Below, one piece after another: positions 1 to 8,891 of a stretch of 64,000 nucleotides of DNA; position 1 is the stretch's first letter, and each line of letters starts with the position of its first letter. The position numbers and the translations under genes were made by a program. The stretch is from an uncultured Leptospira sp. Its GTDB lineage: Bacteria; Spirochaetota; UBA4802; UB4802. The stretch is from assembly GCA_964509195.1 (NCBI GenBank), contig CAZDWJ010000002.1:8214-72213 (forward strand). Reading direction: 5' to 3'. The notes beneath the pieces were generated by a model. The model did not search any database. It worked only from the letters and a program-made list of their open reading frames with translations, and was not told the DNA's origin.

Positions 1-523
1 TTGCGCAGTGGTGCATGGGTAACAGTAACGATGGTCTTGTCCTGGTTTGTTATCACAATGTTTTTCCACCATTGGAATGTATCATCTGAAAGATAGGTTG
101 GTGGCCTACCACGTTCATTGGACATACATATAAAAATAACATTTCCAAATCTAACAGTATACCGTAGAGGTTTCTGTATATATTTTTGATATCCGTGCAT
201 ATTTTTCCATTCGTGGTTACCTGCAATTTCATACCAGTATTGGATATTGGCAAGTTTGCGCACTTCAAGGAACCATTCAAAATCCTCATCAGAATTTTTG
301 TGTTGTACAATATCTCCTGCTATGATAGCCATGATAGGGTATGGTTGTATGTTTTTTAAATCTTCGATAGCTCTTTTATAATGCCATCTATCTGCTTTAT
401 ATACAGGCTGGATATCGGAATGCACCCACACAGTGTAAGTAGAAGCGGTTGGTACATGTTGTTTGCAGCACGCAAGAAGTGTGAATAGTACTACAATTAT
501 AATCTTATTGTATATTTTCATGG
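1..523 (-). CDS. Calcineurin-like metallophosphoesterase lipoprotein (partial; C-terminus lies beyond window start)
   Basis: Reverse-strand ORF starting at ATG 523..521 runs off coordinate 1. N-term MKIYNKIIIVVLFTLLACC has a lipobox-like LLAC|C. Metallophosphoesterase-type GDIV and GNHE motifs are present. The track ORF 53..310 (-) is in a different frame and is probably spurious. Confidence 0.55.
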
Positions 524-645
524 TTTTATACTATGAGCTATTGCACATTACTCCTTGAATGTAAAAAAAATATTGCAACAAATACAATACTGTATCATAA
601 TTAACATTAAATCAAATTAATTTTCTTAGAAAGTGATTTTAAATT

Positions 646-1917
646 ATGGATAAAGATAACATTACTATTGATACAACCCGTTTCCAAGAGATATCTATAT
701 CCTATTTAAAAAAATTAAGTGGTGATAAATTACTGACTTTTGATGTTTTAGATCAGAATGGGAATACAATATTTTCAGCGGGACAGGCGCTTAATGATGA
801 AATATTGAAAAAAAAATCTGAAGAAGGCGTAAAGTTCTTCATACCAAGAGTCACTGAAACCATTGGGGTCTATGACCGCGAAATAATTGATATGAAGAAA
901 CTAAGAGCTATTGCTGACGATACTGCAACAATGTATGTTGATATACGTAAGACCGGGCGTATGACGTATGACCAGTTTTTGCAATCCAATAATCAATTAG
1001 CAGCTATTGTTGACAGCCTGAGAGTTGAGGATAAAACTGGTGGAGTATTATCACTTTTAAAAGATATAAAAGAATTTGATTTTATTACCTATACGCATTC
1101 TGTGAATGTGGGTGTGCTTGCAATGATTTTGGTATATAAGGAGCTTTCAACCGGCGAAAAAGTAAAATTAGCAGCGCTGGCGGGGTACCTCCATGATATA
1201 GGAAAGTTGCGGGTTGATCAGTCCATAATTCAAAAGCCAGGACTACTTACTTATGAGGAATATAAAAAGGTAATTGAACATACACGCGAAGGCTACCGTA
1301 TACTTGATAGTGTTGTCGACTCAACCGGGAAAAAAGTGGTGCCTAATATTATCAAGTACGTCGCATTGTTTCACCACAGAAAATTACAGAGTCCCGGGTA
1401 CCCATTCCGTGAGGATGAAAAAGACAAAACCCGTGAAACACAGTATAACGAACTTCCTGACCTTGCGCGCATTATGGGTATTTGTGATATGTATGATGCG
1501 CTGACCAGTGCAACGCCGTTCAGGATGCCTATGTCAGTTGAAAAAGCTCTGCGCTATATTTTGAATCTTTCAAATTATCTGTATTCAACTGATGATGTTC
1601 ATCGCTTTATCAAGGTTCTGAGTTTATCGCTCAACAAGGGCAATCCTTTTTTACGTGTTGGTGATTTTATAATGCTTGAATCTGAAAAGATTAGTTTAGA
1701 TACACGTAAAAAAGTACGAGTATATGAGATAGCGCGCATTGAAGACATATCACGAATAAATTTTATGAATCCAAAGGTAATGATTTTTTATGATGTTGTG
1801 CGGAATAAAAAATTAAACAAAATTACCGTTGATTTACGGTATGATACAAGCCGCAAGATTGTTCGTGTCTTTGAAAGCACACGAATAAAAGAAATGTTAT
1901 TGCGACAGCTCAAATAG
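646..1917 (+). CDS. HD-GYP domain protein (putative c-di-GMP phosphodiesterase) with about 150-aa N-terminal and about 100-aa C-terminal extensions
   Basis: HD motif YLHDIGK, later HHRKL, and GYP motif SPGYPF are present. Architecture is paralogous to the ORF at 48897..50069. Confidence 0.75.
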   Translation: MDKDNITIDTTRFQEISISYLKKLSGDKLLTFDVLDQNGNTIFSAGQALNDEILKKKSEEGVKFFIPRVTETIGVYDREIIDMKKLRAIADDTATMYVDIRKTGRMTYDQFLQSNNQLAAIVDSLRVEDKTGGVLSLLKDIKEFDFITYTHSVNVGVLAMILVYKELSTGEKVKLAALAGYLHDIGKLRVDQSIIQKPGLLTYEEYKKVIEHTREGYRILDSVVDSTGKKVVPNIIKYVALFHHRKLQSPGYPFREDEKDKTRETQYNELPDLARIMGICDMYDALTSATPFRMPMSVEKALRYILNLSNYLYSTDDVHRFIKVLSLSLNKGNPFLRVGDFIMLESEKISLDTRKKVRVYEIARIEDISRINFMNPKVMIFYDVVRNKKLNKITVDLRYDTSRKIVRVFESTRIKEMLLRQLK

Positions 1918-1925
1918 GTGGCACT

Positions 1926-2294
1926 ATGAATCCAATATTACTGCTTTTTGATAATGACAGGTTTGCTGAGCTTATACGTTTTGTAGTCACTACTGCTGGA
2001 TTTAAAGTAGAACATATAAATGACCCACTTGCATTATATGAAAAGGTTAAAGAAATAAATCCACCACTTATCATTATGGATATTTTTTTAAGGCATATTG
2101 ATGGCCTCTATTTACTGGAACGATTATATGCTGTGAAAGAATTTGCCAATATTCCTGTTCTCATCGTATCTTCCCGCAATGAGCCAATGGCAGTATTTGA
2201 TGCACTTGAACGCGGTGCTGCTGATTATCTGGCTGCACCTATCAATGAAGACATGCTGATAGATAAAGTAAAAAAATTGTTGAAAGTTGGCTGA
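1926..2294 (+). CDS. Standalone response-regulator receiver (CheY-like) protein
   Basis: 122 aa with acidic pair FDND, phospho-acceptor-like D in IIMDIFL, and a conserved K region. It starts 9 nt after the HD-GYP stop. Confidence 0.7.
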   Translation: MNPILLLFDNDRFAELIRFVVTTAGFKVEHINDPLALYEKVKEINPPLIIMDIFLRHIDGLYLLERLYAVKEFANIPVLIVSSRNEPMAVFDALERGAADYLAAPINEDMLIDKVKKLLKVG

Positions 2295-2480
2295 TACAGA
2301 ACTGTTGTTGTATAGTGATTTTATCCGACATATAGTATAGCTAACATTAATCATAGCTTGCAGTTGCTCAATTGTAATGAAGATGTTTCATCAGAAATAA
2401 TTCCAAATCCTTCTGCTTGTTTTTTTAGCGAGGGGTTGGGGTGAGGGTGACAATCAAATCCTATTTTTGGGAGAATAAAT

Positions 2481-3506
2481 ATGAAGAAATTAATTATTTT
2501 ATTATTAGTTCTTGTTCCAGGATGTTCCTCATTTACCAGTGTCCCCCAGCATAATGAATCTATATATACGCAATCTTCTGATACCACAATGCACGCATTA
2601 CAGATTGCAGACTATCTAGAATTTAATGAAGTGTGGGCTTATCTCATGAGGGGTGAAGAAGACAGAATGAAAGGTGATGAGCCAATCACCGACCTTTGTT
2701 ATTTCAGTGCAAAAGTAAGTGGCAAAGGGCAGATAACTGGCGATTATGCACCGCCTTCAATAAAGTTTAAAAATAAAATACGTCATCATATCGTAATAGC
2801 TGTTATTGACAATTTTGCACTGTTGCATTTCATACTTAATCCTGATTTACCTGTGCGTAAAAACTTTATTAATGATGTATGCAGAATATCTTCCAAATTT
2901 GATGGTGTGCAAATAGATTTTGAATCGGTTGCATCGTCGGATGCAGCCTGGTTCTTCAGCTTCTTAACCGAACTGCGAGCTGCTTTAGATAAAAATAAGA
3001 TGCTATCTATAGCACTGCCTGCACGCAGAACGCGAATACCTGATGCGTACGATTACCCATCAATAGCTGCTATCGTTGACCGTATTATCATTATGGCCTA
3101 CGACCAGCACTGGTCAGGAAGTAACCCTGGGCCAGTTGCAGGATTGTCCTGGTGTAAAGAAGTTGCTGAATTTGCAAAAAGCTTTATCCCAAAAGAAAAG
3201 CTTATCATGGGCTTGCCACTTTACGGCAGGTCATGGCAGGATAAAAATTTTAATAAGTCAGTTCATTATAGGCATGTTGAGGAAATGATAAAGACATCAA
3301 ATATACAGCCAAAGTATGACCCTGAAAACGGGGCTTACTTTGAGTATGAAGAGACAGTAAAGGTGCGTGTATATTATACTGATGAAAGAGCAATTTATGA
3401 TCGCCTCAAGCTCTATTCATCAATGTCAGTGGACAACGTTGCATTCTGGCGGATAGGCCAGGGACCAAGCGGGATGTGGCAGAATATAAGCGCTAAAGGC
3501 CTGTAA
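2481..3506 (+). CDS. Glycoside hydrolase family 18-like lipoprotein (chitinase / peptidoglycan hydrolase-like)
   Basis: Lipoprotein signal MKKLIILLLVLVPGC. GH18 catalytic motif DGVQIDFE. The C-terminal region resembles GH18 YaaH/YdhD-like proteins. RBS GGGAGA sits upstream. Confidence 0.6.
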   Translation: MKKLIILLLVLVPGCSSFTSVPQHNESIYTQSSDTTMHALQIADYLEFNEVWAYLMRGEEDRMKGDEPITDLCYFSAKVSGKGQITGDYAPPSIKFKNKIRHHIVIAVIDNFALLHFILNPDLPVRKNFINDVCRISSKFDGVQIDFESVASSDAAWFFSFLTELRAALDKNKMLSIALPARRTRIPDAYDYPSIAAIVDRIIIMAYDQHWSGSNPGPVAGLSWCKEVAEFAKSFIPKEKLIMGLPLYGRSWQDKNFNKSVHYRHVEEMIKTSNIQPKYDPENGAYFEYEETVKVRVYYTDERAIYDRLKLYSSMSVDNVAFWRIGQGPSGMWQNISAKGL

Positions 3507-3520
3507 AACGCAAATGGCAG

Positions 3521-4072
3521 ATGAAAAAGTTATTATACGAAGAGATAAAACTAAAGCGTCCCGATTTGCATGAGTTATTCAGATTACCGCGATTTCCTGT
3601 AGTAACCGTCCTTGAGAATATTCGCAGCTTATATAATGTTGGTTCTATGTTCAGGTCTGCCGATGCAGCGCGCATTGCATACATGTATTTGTGCGGGTAT
3701 ACTCCTCATCCACCACGTAAAGAAATTGACAAGACTGCATTGGGCAGCACAGAAAGCGTGCCATGGGAGCACTCAATAAAACCAGCATCTGTCATTACTA
3801 TGTTGAAAAATCAGGGATTTACTATTGCAGCTCTGGAACACACCACAACCAGCATATCATACTTTGATCATACGTATTCTTATCCTCTATGTATAGTTGT
3901 GGGCAATGAGGTTGAAGGTATTAGTAATGAAGCGCTTTCACTGTGTGATGTGGCACTTGAAATTCCCATGTTTGGTATTAAACATTCATTGAATGTAGCA
4001 GTAGCGTATGGTATTGTAGTGCACCATGCAGTAATGATGTATCACAAACAATGTATCAATAATTATGAATAA
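3521..4072 (+). CDS. TrmH/SpoU family RNA 2'-O-methyltransferase
   Basis: 183 aa with the SpoU-methylase fold signature (NVGSMFRSADAARIAYMYLCGYTPHPP ... IVVGNEVEGIS). Confidence 0.7.
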   Translation: MKKLLYEEIKLKRPDLHELFRLPRFPVVTVLENIRSLYNVGSMFRSADAARIAYMYLCGYTPHPPRKEIDKTALGSTESVPWEHSIKPASVITMLKNQGFTIAALEHTTTSISYFDHTYSYPLCIVVGNEVEGISNEALSLCDVALEIPMFGIKHSLNVAVAYGIVVHHAVMMYHKQCINNYE

Positions 4073-5228
4073 AGTAATTTTAAAAAAAGGCAAAGAAAAA
4101 TCAGTAATGCAAAAGCACCCATGGATTTTTTCAGGGGCGATAGCTCATGCAGAGGTTCCTGATGGGCAGCTAGCGTGTGTGTGTGCATCAGATGGAACAG
4201 TTCTTGCGTGGGGATATTACAACAGTCGCTGTGACATAGCGGTACGAATACTAAGCTTTGAAGATGTAAAACCTGATACTGACCTTATAGAAAAACGAAT
4301 AGCTCAGGCAATAGCTGCACGTCATGCTGCTGGTATCTCTCAAATAACAAATGCATATCGCATTGTTCACTCAGAAGGAGATCTTTTGCCAGGGCTGATT
4401 GTTGACTGGTACCATGGTCACTGTGTAATGCAGATTATGACTTTAGGCATGGAACAATTAAAAGATACTATCGCACAGATACTGGTAGATTTACTAAAAC
4501 CTGAAAGCATTTATGAACGCAGCGACCACCAAGGAAGAAAACTTGAAGGATTACAACCGGTCAACAATCAAGTGTACAAAATAACACCCGAGCTGATTAA
4601 AATAAATGAAAATGGCATGCAGTTTTTAGTTGATGTGAAGCATGGGCAAAAGACAGGATTTTATTGTGATCAGCGTGATAACAGGTACATGGTCAGGAAG
4701 ATTGCTAAAGGAATGGAAGTCCTCAACCTGTTTTCGTATTCTGGGGGTTTTTCGGTTGCGGCTCTAATAGGAGGAGCTAAAAGTGCTGTATCTGTTGACA
4801 GCTCACAGGATGCGCTTGATGTAGCTTTAAAAAATTGTCAGTTGAATGAAGTGAATTCCTTGCACAGTATTGTGAAAGCAAATGTATTTGATTACGTAAA
4901 TGAAAGCACAATATCGCAGAATTTTGTGATATGTGACCCACCAGCGTTGGCTAAAAATAAATCAGGTGTAAAAAATGCACTGCGTGGCTATAAAGATTTA
5001 AATCTAAAGATACTACAAAAAATACCACACAATTCATTGCTGCTTACCTGTTCGTGTTCACGGTTTATTGATATAAAACTTTTTCAGCAGGTTGTATTTA
5101 GTGCTGCACTGGATGCTGAGCGTGATGTTACTATAATTGGAAAATATTCACAACCTGCTGATCATCCTGTTTCAATCTACTGCCCAGAAACGGAGTATCT
5201 TAAGGCAATCTTGCTATGTGTAAAATAA
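4065..5228 (+). CDS. Class I SAM-dependent rRNA methyltransferase, RlmI/RlmK-like (PUA plus MTase)
   Basis: The N-terminal PUA-like region (KKGKEKSVMQKHPWIFSGAI) and a C-terminal Rossmann methyltransferase (VLNLFSYSGGFSV ... ICDPP) match RlmI. It overlaps the upstream gene by 8 nt. Confidence 0.7.
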   Translation: MNKVILKKGKEKSVMQKHPWIFSGAIAHAEVPDGQLACVCASDGTVLAWGYYNSRCDIAVRILSFEDVKPDTDLIEKRIAQAIAARHAAGISQITNAYRIVHSEGDLLPGLIVDWYHGHCVMQIMTLGMEQLKDTIAQILVDLLKPESIYERSDHQGRKLEGLQPVNNQVYKITPELIKINENGMQFLVDVKHGQKTGFYCDQRDNRYMVRKIAKGMEVLNLFSYSGGFSVAALIGGAKSAVSVDSSQDALDVALKNCQLNEVNSLHSIVKANVFDYVNESTISQNFVICDPPALAKNKSGVKNALRGYKDLNLKILQKIPHNSLLLTCSCSRFIDIKLFQQVVFSAALDAERDVTIIGKYSQPADHPVSIYCPETEYLKAILLCVK

Positions 5229-5368
5229 AATTATTATTTAATCCTTTCCCTTTAAAGTGCTTATGGGTGTAAGAATCATACAATCTTTCTAGCAAATATT
5301 ACTTTGTTGGATTCAATTTAATACACGGTGACACCCAGAATATCTTTGTAAAAAGGTTTTATTGCCTC

Positions 5369-5719
5369 TTATTTTGCTTTTTTGCCAGGAAAAAGAGTTG
5401 GATGTGCAATAATCCCCCATTTCCCATCTTTTTCAACTCTAGCCAGCCCTTCGCTAAAATCCACCGCTTCATCGAACTGAGGTGGGATGACAATCTCTCC
5501 TTCTTTGTTGATAAATCCCCATTTGCCATCTTTATTAACTTTTGCCAGCCCTTCGCGAAAATATGATATATCATCAAATTGTGGCTTTACAACCCATTTT
5601 ACGTTTTTCTCATCAGGATGCTTTTCATTAACCGTGATTGTGGTTTTGCAATTCACATTTACAACAAGCATAATCATGCTCAAAAAAAGAAGATGTAGCA
5701 AAGCACCTTTCCTTTTCAT
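5369..5719 (-). CDS. Secreted WG-repeat (KWG-type) protein
   Basis: Signal peptide followed by two DGKWGFI/DGKWGII repeats, each followed by a conserved EGLA motif, typical of KWG/WG repeats. Confidence 0.6.
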   Translation of the reverse strand: MKRKGALLHLLFLSMIMLVVNVNCKTTITVNEKHPDEKNVKWVVKPQFDDISYFREGLAKVNKDGKWGFINKEGEIVIPPQFDEAVDFSEGLARVEKDGKWGIIAHPTLFPGKKAK

Positions 5720-5855
5720 TGTCTAACTCCCTTGATGGTGAAAATTCCACACTTATTTTTACAGCAAAAATTTCTATCAATTCTTTATTTTTTGTCAATT
5801 ATGAATTTTGGTTTAAAAAAAAGCATAAAAAATATTGTTGTTTCAACAAATTATA

Positions 5856-5884
5856 TTGACAGTATGCTAAAATACTACTATATT
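5856..5884 (+). promoter_or_regulatory. Putative sigma70-type promoter for nifU-nifS (TTGACA-N17-TATATT)
   Basis: TTGACA at 5856..5861, a 17-nt spacer, then TATATT at 5879..5884, about 95 nt upstream of the proposed nifU start. Confidence 0.4.
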
Positions 5885-5979
5885 GGTAGTGTTTAAATTT
5901 GATAGAGCCAAAAAATGAATTGATTTTTGCATATGAGACAGTTGAAGTAATACAAAAAAATCACCTCAGGAGAAGTTGT

Positions 5980-6822
5980 ATGTGGGAATACACGGAAAAA
6001 GTAAAAGAATTATATAAAAACCCTAAGAATGTTGGTGAAATACCTGATGCAGATGTAGTAGTGGAGGTTGGCAGTATTGTGTGTGGTGATGCACTGACCC
6101 TTTACTTAAAACTTGATGGTGACAAAATTGTTGATGCAAAGTTCAAAACTTTTGGATGTGGAAGTGCAATTGCATCTTCATCAGCGTTAACCGAAATGAT
6201 TAAAGGAAAGACTGTTGATGAAGCAGCAAAAATTACAAATAGAGATATTGTTGAGTATTTAGGTGGCCTGCCTGACCAAAAAATGCACTGCTCAGTTATG
6301 GGGCAGGAAGCGCTGGAAAAAGCAATAAAAAAAATAAAAGGACATGCGGTTGAAGATGAGCACGAAGATGAAGGTGCTATTGTATGCCAGTGTTTTGGTG
6401 TTTCAGAAAATTTAATTAGGCGTGTCATAAATGAAAATAATCTTACAACTGTCGAAGAGGTAACCAATTACACTAAAGCGGGTGGGGCGTGTGGATCCTG
6501 TATTCCAAAAATTGAGGATATAATAAAAGAAGAATTGAATAAAGCAAAAGAAAAATCACATACAGCAGTTGCTGCAAAACCAATGTCAAACCTTAAACGA
6601 ATGCAGCTTGTAGAAGAAACCATTCAAAACGTTATACGCCCCGTGCTTATGCGTGATGGTGGAGATATTGAACTAATTGATATTGATGGCAAAAAGGTAT
6701 ATGTGGCGTTGCGTGGTCACTGCGCACATTGTGTAATTTCAGACGTTACTATGAAAAATCTTGTTCTAGAAAAATTGAGAGAATACGTAGAGAACGACAT
6801 TGAAGTAATTGAGGTAAAATAA
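5980..6822 (+). CDS. nifU: NifU-type Fe-S cluster scaffold (IscU-like N-domain, central BFD-like [2Fe-2S] domain, C-terminal NifU domain)
   Basis: The start is revised from the track value 5899 to ATG 5980 (MWEYTEKVKELYKNPKNVG, the canonical NifU N-terminus) with RBS AGGAGAAG upstream. Motifs GCGSAIASSS, CQCFGV...GGACGSC and GHCAHC are present. Confidence 0.85.
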   Translation: MWEYTEKVKELYKNPKNVGEIPDADVVVEVGSIVCGDALTLYLKLDGDKIVDAKFKTFGCGSAIASSSALTEMIKGKTVDEAAKITNRDIVEYLGGLPDQKMHCSVMGQEALEKAIKKIKGHAVEDEHEDEGAIVCQCFGVSENLIRRVINENNLTTVEEVTNYTKAGGACGSCIPKIEDIIKEELNKAKEKSHTAVAAKPMSNLKRMQLVEETIQNVIRPVLMRDGGDIELIDIDGKKVYVALRGHCAHCVISDVTMKNLVLEKLREYVENDIEVIEVK

Positions 6823-8033
6823 TGCGGAGTAAAATTATATATCTGGATAACAATGCAACTACAATGGTAGCTCCTGAAGTACTGGAAGCAATGATGCCGT
6901 TTTTCATGGAACGCTATGGTAACCCATCAAGTATGCATGATTTTGGTGGCGATGTTGCGCATGATGTTGAGAAAGCACGCCTTAGTGTTGCTCAAATGTT
7001 GGGTGCTGAGTATGATTATGAGATAGTTTTTACCAGTGGTGCCACCGAAAGCGATAACATGGCAATACTTGGAACGTTGCAGTACTACCGTGATAAAAAA
7101 CATATTGTCACAACAAAAGTGGAACATCCCGCTGTGCTTAATTTATGCCGACAGCTTGAACGCGAAGGGTACTCTGTGACCTATGTGCCTGTGGACAGAG
7201 AAGGCAGTTTAGACATGGATTTTTTATTTGATTCGATAACAAATGATACGGCGATAGTTTCTGTTATGTATGCCAATAATGAAACAGGTGTGATATTCCC
7301 GGTTGAAGAGATTGGTGCGTTTTGCAAAAAACGTGGCGTGCCATTTCACGTTGATGCTGTACAGGCAATTGGAAAAATCCCCGTTGATGTAAATAAGATT
7401 CAGTGTGATTTGCTTGCTATCTCAGGGCATAAGTTTCATGCGCCAAAGGGGATCGGCGTATTGTATGTAAGAAGAGGCACACGGATGAGACCGCTACTAT
7501 ATGGTGGACATCAGGAAAAAGCACGAAGGCCCGGGACACACAATGTTCCTGGAATAATAGGAATAGGCAAAGCAGCTGAGCTAGTAATGGAGCATCTTTC
7601 AAATACAAATGATGTAGCAAAAGTAAAACGCCTTCGCGATAAACTTGAAGATGGGTTGTTATCACAATTACCAAATTCTCATCTAAACGGAAGCAAAAAC
7701 AAACGTGTAGATAATACCACCAATATTGGATTTGAATATATTGAAGGTGAGGCTATTTTACTGTATCTCAACGAAAAGGGTATCGCCGCATCATCCGGTT
7801 CAGCCTGTTCTTCTGGTTCACTGGAACCTTCTCATGTACTGCGGGCAATGGGGGTGCCATTTACTTGTGCACATGGCTCAATTCGCTTTAGCTTAAGCCG
7901 CTATACAACTGAAGAAGAGATTGATTATACGCTAAAAGTAATGCCCCAGGTGGTCAATCAATTGCTGGAGATATCGCCCTACTGGGATTCTAAAAATAAA
8001 AAAGGCAAGCCAATTAGTGAGCTTGCCCGCTGA
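6822..8033 (+). CDS. nifS: Cysteine desulfurase NifS (class I)
   Basis: PLP-lysine motif SGHKFHAPKG and catalytic Cys loop SSGSACSS. Its start ATG overlaps the nifU stop (ATAATG). Confidence 0.85.
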   Translation: MRSKIIYLDNNATTMVAPEVLEAMMPFFMERYGNPSSMHDFGGDVAHDVEKARLSVAQMLGAEYDYEIVFTSGATESDNMAILGTLQYYRDKKHIVTTKVEHPAVLNLCRQLEREGYSVTYVPVDREGSLDMDFLFDSITNDTAIVSVMYANNETGVIFPVEEIGAFCKKRGVPFHVDAVQAIGKIPVDVNKIQCDLLAISGHKFHAPKGIGVLYVRRGTRMRPLLYGGHQEKARRPGTHNVPGIIGIGKAAELVMEHLSNTNDVAKVKRLRDKLEDGLLSQLPNSHLNGSKNKRVDNTTNIGFEYIEGEAILLYLNEKGIAASSGSACSSGSLEPSHVLRAMGVPFTCAHGSIRFSLSRYTTEEEIDYTLKVMPQVVNQLLEISPYWDSKNKKGKPISELAR

Positions 8034-8054
8034 TTATTATATTGTAATGCTATT

Positions 8055-8891
8055 TTAACGTGCAACTTCGTTGATTAAACGTCCTAACTCCTGGTCGTGG
8101 GTAAGCATTGCTTTCTGATTTGCTTCGTAACTGCGCTGTACTTCAATCATGTCTACCATCTCGCGCACGGCGCTCACATTTGATTTTTCAAGAAAGCCCT
8201 GAACTACCTTATACTCTTCAGCTGGCAGTGCTGGCCCTGAATATTCTGTTTCACGGTATAAGGATTCGCCTTCTTTTTTTAATTCACGGATATTTTCAAA
8301 ATCAACAATCTTGAGTTTGTCGATAACCACTGGCTGTTCCCAATTGTTCTGCGTCATACCCACAAGATCAGTTGGTTCAAGTGAGAGGGCGGCATTAACA
8401 AGGATTTCACCACGTTCGTTGATCATAAAATTATTCTTCTGCACTTTGATTATTCCATTTTCACCAAGGACTGGCAGGCCATTATGAGTTACCAGAATAC
8501 CGTCTTTATTCAGTGTAAAAGCGCCATTACGGGTATACCGTTCACCACGTTCAGTCATCACAGCAAAAAAACCCTTGCCATCAAGAGCTACATCAAACGG
8601 ATTTTCAGTTCGCATTAGCGAACCCTGTTCATGAATCGTATATACTTCATTTACCTCAACACCTGTGCCTAATTTTCCAGCAAATGGCATTGTGTCATAA
8701 GAGCCGGCAGGGGTTATGCCCAAACCATCGTCATTTAAACGCCTAATAATCATATCAGGAAATGCTTTGAATAACGTTAGATCTTTTTTGTATGCAGTTT
8801 TGTCAACATTGGCTAAATTATTTGCAATAGCATCAAGACGTGCTTCCTGAGCTATCATGCCGCTTGCGCCGGTATACAATCCTCGTACCAT
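8055..8891 (-). CDS. flgG: Flagellar basal-body rod protein FlgG (or FlgF/G family)
   Basis: N-terminus MVRGLYTGASGMIAQEARLDAIANNLANVDKTAYKKD and the conserved C-terminal rod domain. Its ATG overlaps the murA stop (TAATG), and RBS AAAGGAGG sits inside the murA 3' end. Confidence 0.8.
   Translation of the reverse strand: MVRGLYTGASGMIAQEARLDAIANNLANVDKTAYKKDLTLFKAFPDMIIRRLNDDGLGITPAGSYDTMPFAGKLGTGVEVNEVYTIHEQGSLMRTENPFDVALDGKGFFAVMTERGERYTRNGAFTLNKDGILVTHNGLPVLGENGIIKVQKNNFMINERGEILVNAALSLEPTDLVGMTQNNWEQPVVIDKLKIVDFENIRELKKEGESLYRETEYSGPALPAEEYKVVQGFLEKSNVSAVREMVDMIEVQRSYEANQKAMLTHDQELGRLINEVAR

Noticed and set aside
53-310. 85-aa ORF on the minus strand in the track
   Set aside because: It lies inside, and out of frame with, the much longer metallophosphoesterase reading frame (1..523, minus) that has a lipoprotein signal and phosphoesterase motifs. 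It is probably a spurious overlapping ORF.
1274-1504. 76-aa plus-strand ORF nested in the HD-GYP gene. The same applies to many other short track ORFs antisense to or nested in long genes (e.g. 6102..6467, 9498..9701, 35285..35572, 36049..36493, 51293..51574, 57299..57792).
   Set aside because: Each is fully embedded in a long, motif-supported CDS, in another frame or on the other strand. The codon composition is consistent with the AT-rich background and there are no RBS signals. I treat them as non-coding.
2424-2450. G-rich tract GGGGTTGGGGTGAGGGTG in otherwise AT-rich DNA (possible G-quadruplex)
   Set aside because: It has only three solid G-runs on the plus strand. It sits immediately upstream of the GH18 RBS and is more simply explained as part of the 5' UTR/RBS region. 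No fourth G-run is properly spaced.
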